Assembly (NCBI GenBank): GCA_947630015.1 | Contig: CANRFY010000006.1 | Coordinates: 13,481 to 77,480, forward strand | Direction: 5' to 3' | DNA length: 64,000 bases | Source of the DNA: an uncultured Clostridia bacterium | GTDB lineage: Bacteria > Bacillota > Clostridia > Oscillospirales > CAG-272 | Shown: piece after piece, positions 46,150 to 54,536 of the stretch | Numbering within the stretch: position 1 is the first letter of the stretch | How the letters are laid out: the number at the start of each line of letters is the position of its first letter | Made by a program: the position numbers and the translations under genes | Notes under the pieces: generated by a model | Database searches by the model: none | What the model saw: the letters and a program-made list of their open reading frames with translations, nothing else | What the model was told of the DNA's origin: nothing

Positions 46150-46660
46150 TGTATTCGCACCGCTCTCCACGCTGCAATGGGTAGACCGCGATCTGCTCAA
46201 GCCGAACGATTACAACCCGAACAAGGTGAGCCGGGAAAACTTAAAGCTGCTGACTCAATCCATTATGACAAACGGATGGACGCTGCCGATAGTCGTACGC
46301 CCGGACTACACCATCATAGACGGATTCCATCGCTGGACCGTAGCAGGAGAAGAACCGCTTAAATCAACCCTTGGCGGGAAAGTCCCGGTCGTGATCGTAG
46401 ACCATAAGGACGAAGCCGAAGACATATACGGCACAGTGACGCATAATCGCGCACGAGGAACACATCTGCTCGAGCCTATGAAAGCTATCGTAAAGAGATT
46501 GCTCGACGAAGGAAAGAGCGTAGACGAGATAGGAAAGCAGCTCGGCATGAAACCCGAGGAGATATTCCGTCTGTCGAGTTTCTCGCGTGATGATTTCCTC
46601 GCGATGATGTGCAAAGGCGTCACGCATTACAGTAATGCGGAGATGCTTGCGAAATTGTGA
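46142..46660 (+). CDS. IbrB-like ParB-fold protein
   Basis: LLKPNDYNPNKV...WTLPIVVRPDYTIIDGFHRW. Confidence 0.75.
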   Translation: MADVFAPLSTLQWVDRDLLKPNDYNPNKVSRENLKLLTQSIMTNGWTLPIVVRPDYTIIDGFHRWTVAGEEPLKSTLGGKVPVVIVDHKDEAEDIYGTVTHNRARGTHLLEPMKAIVKRLLDEGKSVDEIGKQLGMKPEEIFRLSSFSRDDFLAMMCKGVTHYSNAEMLAKL

Positions 46661-46963
46661 GCCGAGAGACGCACACATGCGCTCACAGCGCACGAAACGT
46701 CGTAGGCAGGTTGACGCTCGACCGACATGTTTCGTGGCGAATGAGAGCGTTGCAACGCGCGTCACGAACTCGTCAAGGTACTGTGACGCGTTTTGAAACG
46801 AGTGCGGGCTCGTTGACCCCAAAATGCACGTAGTTTGGATATAAAAATCGGGTACTTTAATTGAAAAATAGATTAAAGTGGGCGGGGATAATGTGTCAAA
46901 GAGCGTGATGGGTGGCTGGGACCCATGACACATATGCGGGAGAAATCTCACATATCACGCAAA

Positions 46964-47026
46964 GCTGTCGTAGCTCAGATGGCAAGAGCCGTATTAGGTG
47001 CGCGAGTTCAAGTCTCGCCGACAGCA
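46964..47026 (+). ncRNA. tRNA-like element (63 nt) lacking an anticodon arm
   Basis: GCTGTCG-TA-GCTC-AGATGGCAA-GAGC-cgtattaggtgc-GCGAG-TTCAAGT-CTCGC-CGACAGC-A. Only 12 nt occupy the space where about 22 nt (anticodon arm + variable loop) are expected. Confidence 0.45.
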
Positions 47027-47052
47027 TAGACAGGGACGAAAGGAGTGCAAAG

Positions 47053-47673
47053 ATGGCAAAAGCAAAGGCGATAGCCGAGATAAAAGACAATGCGGTGTAC
47101 GTCTTACAAGCCGGCACACCGACGTACGTCAAAACCGCTGATATCTGCGCCATGACGGGAAAGACAAATCAGTGGATCGGGCAGCTCGTAAGTCAAGGCG
47201 TCCTCTCGAAAAAACAAACGGCGCACGGTGCATTATTCGAGCTGACGTCGACCGTGAGAGCGTACTGCAACATGCTCGAGTCGAGAGGGAGCGAGAGCCC
47301 GGAAGAACAGGCACAGGAAAAGGCGCGCCGCTCGGCCGATCTCGCTCTTAAAAAAGCGAAAGCAACGATCGCGGCGATCGAGGCAAAAGAACGCTCCGGA
47401 CAGATGCACCGTTCGGAAGATGTTGCGGCTATGACCGAAGATCTGATACTGTTTATTCGCAACTCCCTGCTCGCGCTGCCGGGGCGGCTTGCTATCGACA
47501 TAACCTCTGCGAATGATTCGGCGGAAGTTGAAACTGTCATTAAGAGCGAGGTGTGCAAAATCCTCGAGGAGCTGTCAAATTACAGATATGATCCGTCGAA
47601 ATACAAGGAGAGGGTACGCGCGCGGCTCAACCTCTCCCCGGACAACGATCTGAACGACTATGAAGAAATCTGA
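47053..47673 (+). CDS. terS: terminase small subunit (Nu1-like HTH)
   Basis: N-terminal HTH VKTADICAMTGKTNQWIGQLVSQGVL; AAAGGAG RBS; overlaps terL. Confidence 0.7.
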   Translation: MAKAKAIAEIKDNAVYVLQAGTPTYVKTADICAMTGKTNQWIGQLVSQGVLSKKQTAHGALFELTSTVRAYCNMLESRGSESPEEQAQEKARRSADLALKKAKATIAAIEAKERSGQMHRSEDVAAMTEDLILFIRNSLLALPGRLAIDITSANDSAEVETVIKSEVCKILEELSNYRYDPSKYKERVRARLNLSPDNDLNDYEEI

Positions 47674-49633
47674 CGAGGAACGACGCCGCCCGGCAGATGA
47701 ACGCCGCGATTCCGACGCGAAGCGCCTCAACGCCGCAATATCGAAGACGCTCGCTCTGGCGAAGCCTCCCGAAAATCTCACCGTATCTGAATGGGCGGAT
47801 AAAAAAAGGCGTCTGTCACCCGAAAGCTCCGCAGAGGTCGGCATGTGGAGAACGAGCCGCACGCCGTATCTCAAAGAGCCGATGGACTCCTTCACGGACC
47901 CAAAAGTACATCATATCGTGATAGTTTCCTCGTCGCAGGTCGGAAAGTCAGAGACGATAAACAACATCATCGCCTATATCATAGACCAAGACCCGGGCTC
48001 GATATTATTTATTCATCCGACGACGATAGACGCAAAAGAATATTCTAAACTGCGAATAGCGCCGATGATACGCGATTGTAAGTCGCTGCGGTCGAAGGTA
48101 GCCGACCCGAAAAGCCGCGATTCTGCGAACACTATCCTGCAAAAGACATATCCCGGCGGCATTCTTACGATGTGCGGTTCGACCGAGGCTCACGCTCTCG
48201 CTTCTAAGCCGATAAGATATGTACTCGGAGACGAGCGCGACAGATGGGAAACGTCGGCGGGAAAAGAGGGCGACCCGTGGAGTCTTGCTATGGCGCGTCA
48301 GATCACATTCTACAACGCGAAATCCGTTGAAGTGTCCACGCCCACGATAAAAGGGGCGAGCGCCATTGAAAAATCGTATGCGCTCGGCACACAGGAGCGA
48401 TGGGAAACGAGATGCCCTCACTGCGGCGAATATAACGAGATCGTATTCGACAACATCAGATTCGAGAAAGAGGAAGGAAGTCTCGGAGACGAGAAGACAT
48501 ACAAAATCACGTCTCTGTACTATGTGTGCCCGTCCTGCGGCGGTATTTCGACGGAATCGGAAATGAAGCGTCAGCCGTCAAAATGGACCGCATATAATCC
48601 GGACGCATACGAGCGCAACGGTACACGGTCGTTTTGGTTGTCGTCGTGGGTCTCTCCGTGGGCGTCGTGGGAATCAACGATCCTGCTCTATCTGCAAGCT
48701 CTCGGCGACTCAAAGAAGCTGCAAGTCGTATATAACACACGGTTCGGTCAGTTATGGGAAGATCGCGGTGACATCGAAGATGAGGACAGCGTCATGGCGC
48801 GGCGCGAGGAATACGAAGCGGAGCTCCCGGATGGCGTATTGTGTCTTACGTGCGGCGTCGATACTCAGGACGACCGCCTTGAATATGAGATCGTGGGGCA
48901 CGGTCATTTCGGCGAAACATGGGGCATCAAAAAGGGTATTATCATCGGACGTCCCGACTCTCAGGCAACGTGGAACGGTCTTGACGAAGTGATAAATCAC
49001 ATATACAGATTCAAAAACGGTATAGGACTCCCGGTATCAATGACGTTCGTTGATGAAGGCGGTCATTTCACGCAGGAAGTACGGTGGGCGTGCCTCGCGC
49101 GTCAGGGGAAAAAGGTATTCGCCATCAAGGGACGCGGCGGCATGGATATCATGTTTACGTCGCCGCCGAAGAAGCAAAAAATCATGGTGAGCGGCACGGT
49201 GCTCGGAACGTGCTGGGTATTCGAGATAGGCGTCGACGCCGGGAAAACGCTTATTATGGATAATCTGAGAGTAAAAACGGCAGGACCGAAGTATTGCCAT
49301 TTCCCCCGCAATGGCGATTACGGCGCAGCATATTTCCGAGGGCTCTTGTCCGAGCATCTTGTGTACAAGGAGAAAAGCAAAAATCGGTGGCAGTGGGAGA
49401 AGATACCCGGGCACGAGCGAAACGAAGCTCTCGACTGCCGAAACTATGCTCTTGCGGCTGCGAAAGCGCTTTCGCCCGACTATGATATGCTCGAACGTAA
49501 AATCAGAACGGCGAAGCCGGGAGCAAAACCCGCCGGGCTTATTCCGTCGCCCAAGAACAGCACGACTGCGGCAGCAAAAGCTGATACGGCGCCGGCGCGA
49601 AAAAGCAGGAACAATTTTTACGATGAATGGTAG
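47660..49633 (+). CDS. terL: terminase large subunit, lambda GpA family
   Basis: 657 aa; SEWADKKRRLSPESSAEVGMWRTSRTPYLKEPMD...SSSQVGKSE (Walker A). Confidence 0.9.
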   Translation: MKKSDEERRRPADERRDSDAKRLNAAISKTLALAKPPENLTVSEWADKKRRLSPESSAEVGMWRTSRTPYLKEPMDSFTDPKVHHIVIVSSSQVGKSETINNIIAYIIDQDPGSILFIHPTTIDAKEYSKLRIAPMIRDCKSLRSKVADPKSRDSANTILQKTYPGGILTMCGSTEAHALASKPIRYVLGDERDRWETSAGKEGDPWSLAMARQITFYNAKSVEVSTPTIKGASAIEKSYALGTQERWETRCPHCGEYNEIVFDNIRFEKEEGSLGDEKTYKITSLYYVCPSCGGISTESEMKRQPSKWTAYNPDAYERNGTRSFWLSSWVSPWASWESTILLYLQALGDSKKLQVVYNTRFGQLWEDRGDIEDEDSVMARREEYEAELPDGVLCLTCGVDTQDDRLEYEIVGHGHFGETWGIKKGIIIGRPDSQATWNGLDEVINHIYRFKNGIGLPVSMTFVDEGGHFTQEVRWACLARQGKKVFAIKGRGGMDIMFTSPPKKQKIMVSGTVLGTCWVFEIGVDAGKTLIMDNLRVKTAGPKYCHFPRNGDYGAAYFRGLLSEHLVYKEKSKNRWQWEKIPGHERNEALDCRNYALAAAKALSPDYDMLERKIRTAKPGAKPAGLIPSPKNSTTAAAKADTAPARKSRNNFYDEW

Positions 49634-49646
49634 GTGATATAAGCAC

Positions 49647-49901
49647 ATGACACGAAAAGAAGCGATACAGTACCGCGACTATTATGCAAAGCTCATTCCG
49701 AAGCTCATGGAAGCTAAACTTGAGCTGCTCGACGGCAGAGTGAAGTCGTACACGATAGGCGACCGCTCTCTTACGAGATATGACCTCGCCGAGATCTCCG
49801 CCGAGCTCGACAAGGCGCAGAAAATGAAAGATGAGCTCGACGCTTTTCTGAACGGGCAAAAGAGAAGAAAGGCTGTCGGAGTTATACCACGAGACTTCTA
49901 A
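49647..49901 (+). CDS. gpW-like head-tail joining protein
   Basis: 84 aa; sits between terL and the portal gene as in lambda. Confidence 0.5.
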   Translation: MTRKEAIQYRDYYAKLIPKLMEAKLELLDGRVKSYTIGDRSLTRYDLAEISAELDKAQKMKDELDAFLNGQKRRKAVGVIPRDF

Positions 49902-49913
49902 ACCGGAGGTAAT

Positions 49914-51578
49914 ATGCCGAAAAAGAATTTATTTAACCGTCTTCGCAAAAACGGCGTTCAGTCAAAGTCGATCTCCCTCTCCCAGTATCGCAACGATATG
50001 CAGCGCGCATACGTAAAGGGGTACGGCGACGCAGGCGCGAGCTGGACGAAGCGCGCACTCAAAGGATTTACCGCCAAGAGCGGTGCGCCCATCGAAGACA
50101 TAGACATCAACAACAAAACGCTGAGGCAGCGCGGCAGGATCTTGTATATGGCGTCGCCCGTCGCTGCGGCGGCGATAAACACTAACCGAACAAAGATAGT
50201 CGGTCCGGGACTACATATGCGCTGCTCGATCAACCGCGACGTTCTCGGTCTCTCCGAGACGGCTGCCAAGGAGTGGCAGCGAACGACAGAGGCGGAGTGG
50301 AACATGTGGGCGGACAGCGCCGCAAACTGCGACGCGCTCGGCATGAACAATTTTTACGAGCTCCAACAGATGGTATTAAAAGCGTGGCTCATGTCCGGCG
50401 ACGTATTCGCCCTGTTCAAACGCTATGAAAAGGAGCCGTGGAATCCGTATACGTTGCGCCTATATCTCATCGAGGCCGACAGAGTGAGCACGCCGAAAAC
50501 GGTGTCGCTGTCGTCATTTCCTGTCAACAGCACAGAGGGCGAGAATTCATCGAACAAAAACAAGATACATGACGGTATCGAGGTTGACAGCAACGGGCGT
50601 GTAGTTGCGTATCACATAAGCAAGACGTACCCCGATCAGCTCACAAAGCTGCCCGTCGACAACTGGGTACGCGTAGAAGCGCGCGGAAAGTTGACGGGAC
50701 TGCCGAACGTGCTGCACATCATGGACGCCGAGCGCCCGGATCAATACCGCGGAGTCTCCTACCTTGCGCCCGTAATCGAGACGCTTTTGCAGCTCAGACG
50801 GTATACCGAATCGGAGCTGACCGCGGCGCTCGTGCAGTCGTATCTGACGGCATGGATAACGACAGAAACGAATCCGGCAGATTTCCCGTTTAACGAGGTG
50901 GGCGTCGGAGAGATCGACTACGGAGAGGGCGTCGGAAGTCAGATAAACGACGTCAGTCACAGCGAAAATGAATACGAGATGGGGCCCGGGCAGATCAATC
51001 ATTTGGCGCCCGGCGAATCCGTGACCCTCGGGAATCCGAACGTGCCGACCGCAGGCTTTGAGAATTTCGTTAAAACGATATGCCAGATGGTAGGTGCAGG
51101 ACTCGAAGTGCCGTACGACGTCTTGATGAAAGAGTTTAATGCGTCGTACAGCGCGTCGAAAGGCGCCCTCGAGGAGATGTGGGAAACGGCGAAGATGAGA
51201 AGATCGTGGTTCGTCTCTGATTTCTGCCAGCCGACATATGAAACGTGGCTTGCCGAAGCGGTCGCCATAGGGAGAATCAAGGCGCCCGGCTTCTTCGACA
51301 ATCCTCTTATTCGTGCCGCGTGGTGCGGCGCTCGATGGGACGGACCCGCTCAGACGCATCTTGACCCCGTGAAAGAAGCTACCGCGAACGAAATACTCGT
51401 GAAGCACGGTTGGAAATCGAACGAGCAGATCACGCGCGAGCAGTACGGCAGCAACTGGGAAGATAACGCCGAAATAATCCGTCAGGAAAACAAAGTGTTT
51501 GCGCCCGAGACGGATACGTCAAACGCATCATCAGCCGGTACATCGAACGAGCCGGACGACGGTGCAGGAAAGGAGTAA
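49914..51578 (+). CDS. portal protein, lambda family
   Basis: 554 aa; position and size. Confidence 0.85.
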   Translation: MPKKNLFNRLRKNGVQSKSISLSQYRNDMQRAYVKGYGDAGASWTKRALKGFTAKSGAPIEDIDINNKTLRQRGRILYMASPVAAAAINTNRTKIVGPGLHMRCSINRDVLGLSETAAKEWQRTTEAEWNMWADSAANCDALGMNNFYELQQMVLKAWLMSGDVFALFKRYEKEPWNPYTLRLYLIEADRVSTPKTVSLSSFPVNSTEGENSSNKNKIHDGIEVDSNGRVVAYHISKTYPDQLTKLPVDNWVRVEARGKLTGLPNVLHIMDAERPDQYRGVSYLAPVIETLLQLRRYTESELTAALVQSYLTAWITTETNPADFPFNEVGVGEIDYGEGVGSQINDVSHSENEYEMGPGQINHLAPGESVTLGNPNVPTAGFENFVKTICQMVGAGLEVPYDVLMKEFNASYSASKGALEEMWETAKMRRSWFVSDFCQPTYETWLAEAVAIGRIKAPGFFDNPLIRAAWCGARWDGPAQTHLDPVKEATANEILVKHGWKSNEQITREQYGSNWEDNAEIIRQENKVFAPETDTSNASSAGTSNEPDDGAGKE

Positions 51579-51580
51579 AA

Positions 51581-52792
51581 ATGTTCAACATAACACGCAG
51601 ATTCTACACCGTTCAGACAGCCGGAGAGGGCGAAGTCGAAATAAAGATGTACGGGGACATTGTAGAATCGCGCCCGCGAAACTACTATACGGGCGAGCCG
51701 GAGGAAGGCTCGTTCATCGTCCAGGACGAATTTCTCAACGACCTTGAAACGGTCGTCGCGAGCGGCGTAAAAACGATCACGCTGCGGATAAACAGTCTCG
51801 GCGGCGATGCAGGCGTGTCGGTCACGATACACAACCGTCTGCGCGAGCTGGCGGGGAACGGTATAACGGTACAGTGCATAGTAGACGGAGTCGCCATGTC
51901 CGGCGGCTCTCTTATTATGTGCGCCTGCGATCCGGTAAAGGTATATCCGTCGAGCATGGTCATGGTGCATAAGGCGCGCGCTCTGCTCATCGGCATGTAT
52001 AATTCCGACGAGCTGCGCGAAGAAGCGAGAAAAGACGACGCATGGGACGAAGCGCAGGTAAGCATATACAACCGCAAATGCAAGCAGAGCGACACTGTTA
52101 TATCGCACATGATGTCTGCGACGACGTACCTGATAGGACGCGACATCATTGAAAAGGGATTTGCCGACGAGCTGCTTGACGGCGACGGCTCTGTGACGGT
52201 CGCTGCGAGCGCCGACCGCCATCGTCTGATAGTGGGCGGCAGATCGATCCCGTTAATGAGCGGCGAAAAACTGCCAGAAGAAATTCATACGGTAACAACC
52301 GCGAATGCGGACGTTATAAATCAGGGCACAGAAGGAGGAGAAACTATGCCTAAAAATCTCAACGCCCCTCAGGAACCGACCGAGGGGGAAGCGGCGAACG
52401 CGGCCGACACGACGCAGGCCACGGAACCGACCGCAAACGGAACGGCAAGCGTTGACGCGGTGACGGCAGAACGCAGACGTATCGAGGAGATCGACGCAAT
52501 CGCGAATCTGTTCGACGCCGATACTGTACGCGAAGCGAAGTACGGCGAGCATCCCTGCTCGGCACAGGAAATGGCGTATCGCGCCGCAACAAAAGCGGCG
52601 GCGAAGGGCGAAGCATTCATGAAAAACGTGAATGCGGACTACACCGCATCCGGCGCCGGCAATGTGAGCGCGGCCGAAAACCCGCAGGCTAACGAGTCTG
52701 CAAAAGCGGGCGAAGAAACGCCCGAAGCAATCAGAGCTAACGCCAAGGCTGCGGTCAAGGCGTACATGGACGCGAAAGGAGTGAAAGCATGA
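51581..52792 (+). CDS. head maturation protease (ClpP/S49-like) with C-terminal scaffold-like tail
   Basis: ITLRINSLGGDAGVS...VDGVAMSGGSLIMCACD; Ala/Glu-rich C-terminus. Confidence 0.8.
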   Translation: MFNITRRFYTVQTAGEGEVEIKMYGDIVESRPRNYYTGEPEEGSFIVQDEFLNDLETVVASGVKTITLRINSLGGDAGVSVTIHNRLRELAGNGITVQCIVDGVAMSGGSLIMCACDPVKVYPSSMVMVHKARALLIGMYNSDELREEARKDDAWDEAQVSIYNRKCKQSDTVISHMMSATTYLIGRDIIEKGFADELLDGDGSVTVAASADRHRLIVGGRSIPLMSGEKLPEEIHTVTTANADVINQGTEGGETMPKNLNAPQEPTEGEAANAADTTQATEPTANGTASVDAVTAERRRIEEIDAIANLFDADTVREAKYGEHPCSAQEMAYRAATKAAAKGEAFMKNVNADYTASGAGNVSAAENPQANESAKAGEETPEAIRANAKAAVKAYMDAKGVKA

Positions 52793-53367
52793 GAAAGAAT
52801 CTTGTGGGATTTGTTGACAGCTGCCAGCAGGACAATCTTATAGCAAGGTTGTCTCCCCCGGCAGAAACGACAGGAATCATCTTGAAGAAGCTCGGCACTG
52901 CCGGCGTCGTGAAGCGCGGCACGCTGCTCGCCGCAGATGCGGAGGGCAAGTACAGTGTGTACGGCGGCCCGGGCAATTCCAAGACGCAGACTTTCAGCGG
53001 CGACAACGCGACGACGACGTTTACCGTAACGGACAAACCCGCAGCGATAGACAGCGTAAAAGTCGGCGGCGTCGACGCAACGGTATCGAGCTACAACGCT
53101 TATACCGGCGAATTAGAGCTGTCGGAGGCTCCGACCGAGGGGAGCGATAACGTCGTCGTGAGTTATTCGCTCGGCGGCGGCAGCATTCCGAGCATGATCC
53201 TCGCTGACGACGTGGAAGTCGGCGACGGCGCCGACGAAACGGGCGTCGCATATCGAAGCGGCAACTTCAACCGTAACGCCATCATCACCGCAGATGAATA
53301 TGTGCTTACGGCGGCTGACGAAGATACGCTTCGCAAGTACGATATCATCTTCACGCAGACGGTGTAA
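52789..53367 (+). CDS. head decoration protein (lambda gpD-like) with central insertion
   Basis: DNLIARLSPP...VKRGTLLAADAEGKY...ILADDVEVGDGADETGVAYRSGNFN, plus a roughly 60-aa Thr/Val-rich insert. Confidence 0.65.
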   Translation: MRKNLVGFVDSCQQDNLIARLSPPAETTGIILKKLGTAGVVKRGTLLAADAEGKYSVYGGPGNSKTQTFSGDNATTTFTVTDKPAAIDSVKVGGVDATVSSYNAYTGELELSEAPTEGSDNVVVSYSLGGGSIPSMILADDVEVGDGADETGVAYRSGNFNRNAIITADEYVLTAADEDTLRKYDIIFTQTV

Positions 53368-53380
53368 AAGGGGGTATTCA

Positions 53381-54472
53381 ATGGATATTTACAGCACCTA
53401 CTACATGCTCGCGGTGGTACACGAGCTTCCTTTGGAACATACCTTTTTCAAAAACAGGTATTTTCCCACGGACGTGTCGATGGACGTTTTCGGTTCGTCT
53501 CGCGTCCTCGCAGATTTCAAAGAAGAAGGCGCTAAGAGAGCGCCTTTTGTCGTGCCGCGTATAGGAGCTCTCCCCGCGGAACGCACGGGCTTCTCGACCT
53601 ACGACCTCGAACCCGCAAATATCGCTATCTCCATTCCGCTGACGCTCGATCAGCTCACGCGTCGCGGATTCGGAGAGTCGATACTCTCTGAGGCAACGCC
53701 CGAGGAAAGAGAACAGCGTTTCCTCGTGCATGACCTCGAGGACCTCTCGGCACGTATCAGCCGCACCGAAGAGCTTCTCGCGGTACAAACCATGATAGAC
53801 AACGGCACGACGATGCGCCACCTCACCGATAAGCCGGGCGTATACGAGGACGTCGGCGTAAAGTTTTACGATGGCGACGATAACCCCGCGAAATTCACGC
53901 CTTCGGCGAAATGGGAGCACTCAAAGTGGAGCAGCGCCGAGGGAAAGTGGACGCCCGGAAACTGGTACAACGACGTTTGTGCCATGATCAAGATGCTTAC
54001 TCAGAAGGGCAGACCCGCGCGCGAGATGATCGTCGCTCCCGACGTCGGCGACTTCCTCATGGAAGACGGCTGGATTCTCGCGCTGCTCGACAACAGACGC
54101 GTCGAAATCGGCTCCATCAATCCGAGCGAGCTCACCGAGTACATTCATCAGATCGGCACGTTCAATTTCAAGGGACATAATCTGAGCATCCTTGTGTCTG
54201 ACGGCACGTATGAAGAGGACGGCGAAGATAAGCCTTATGTTCCGAACGGTACCGCTATCGTGACTGCTCCGAACTGCGGACGCGGTCTCTACGGCGCGGT
54301 GACCCAGATGGAAAAGGACGAGAAATTCCACACATACGCCGGCACGAGAGTACCGCAGCACATCTGCACGCAGAGACCGCCCACGAAAGAGACGCAGCTT
54401 CAGGCACGTCCTTTGTTCGTCCCGAACAGACCGAATCCGTGGAGCGTCGCAAAGAACGTACTCGGAGATTGA
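53381..54472 (+). CDS. major capsid protein, lambda gpE-like
   Basis: MDIYSTYYMLAVVHELPLEHTFFKNRYFP...; 363 aa; follows the decoration gene. Confidence 0.85.
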   Translation: MDIYSTYYMLAVVHELPLEHTFFKNRYFPTDVSMDVFGSSRVLADFKEEGAKRAPFVVPRIGALPAERTGFSTYDLEPANIAISIPLTLDQLTRRGFGESILSEATPEEREQRFLVHDLEDLSARISRTEELLAVQTMIDNGTTMRHLTDKPGVYEDVGVKFYDGDDNPAKFTPSAKWEHSKWSSAEGKWTPGNWYNDVCAMIKMLTQKGRPAREMIVAPDVGDFLMEDGWILALLDNRRVEIGSINPSELTEYIHQIGTFNFKGHNLSILVSDGTYEEDGEDKPYVPNGTAIVTAPNCGRGLYGAVTQMEKDEKFHTYAGTRVPQHICTQRPPTKETQLQARPLFVPNRPNPWSVAKNVLGD

Positions 54473-54536
54473 CGCGAGAAAGGAATAGGCGATGATACGA
54501 ATGATATGCGGAGCCTGCCGCATAGGAGGTAGAGTC

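Noticed and set aside
46912-47052. N-terminal 47 aa of the ORF 46912-47673
   Set aside because: It reads through the tRNA-like element. A strong AAAGGAG RBS plus the ATG at 47053 gives a Nu1-like N-terminal HTH.
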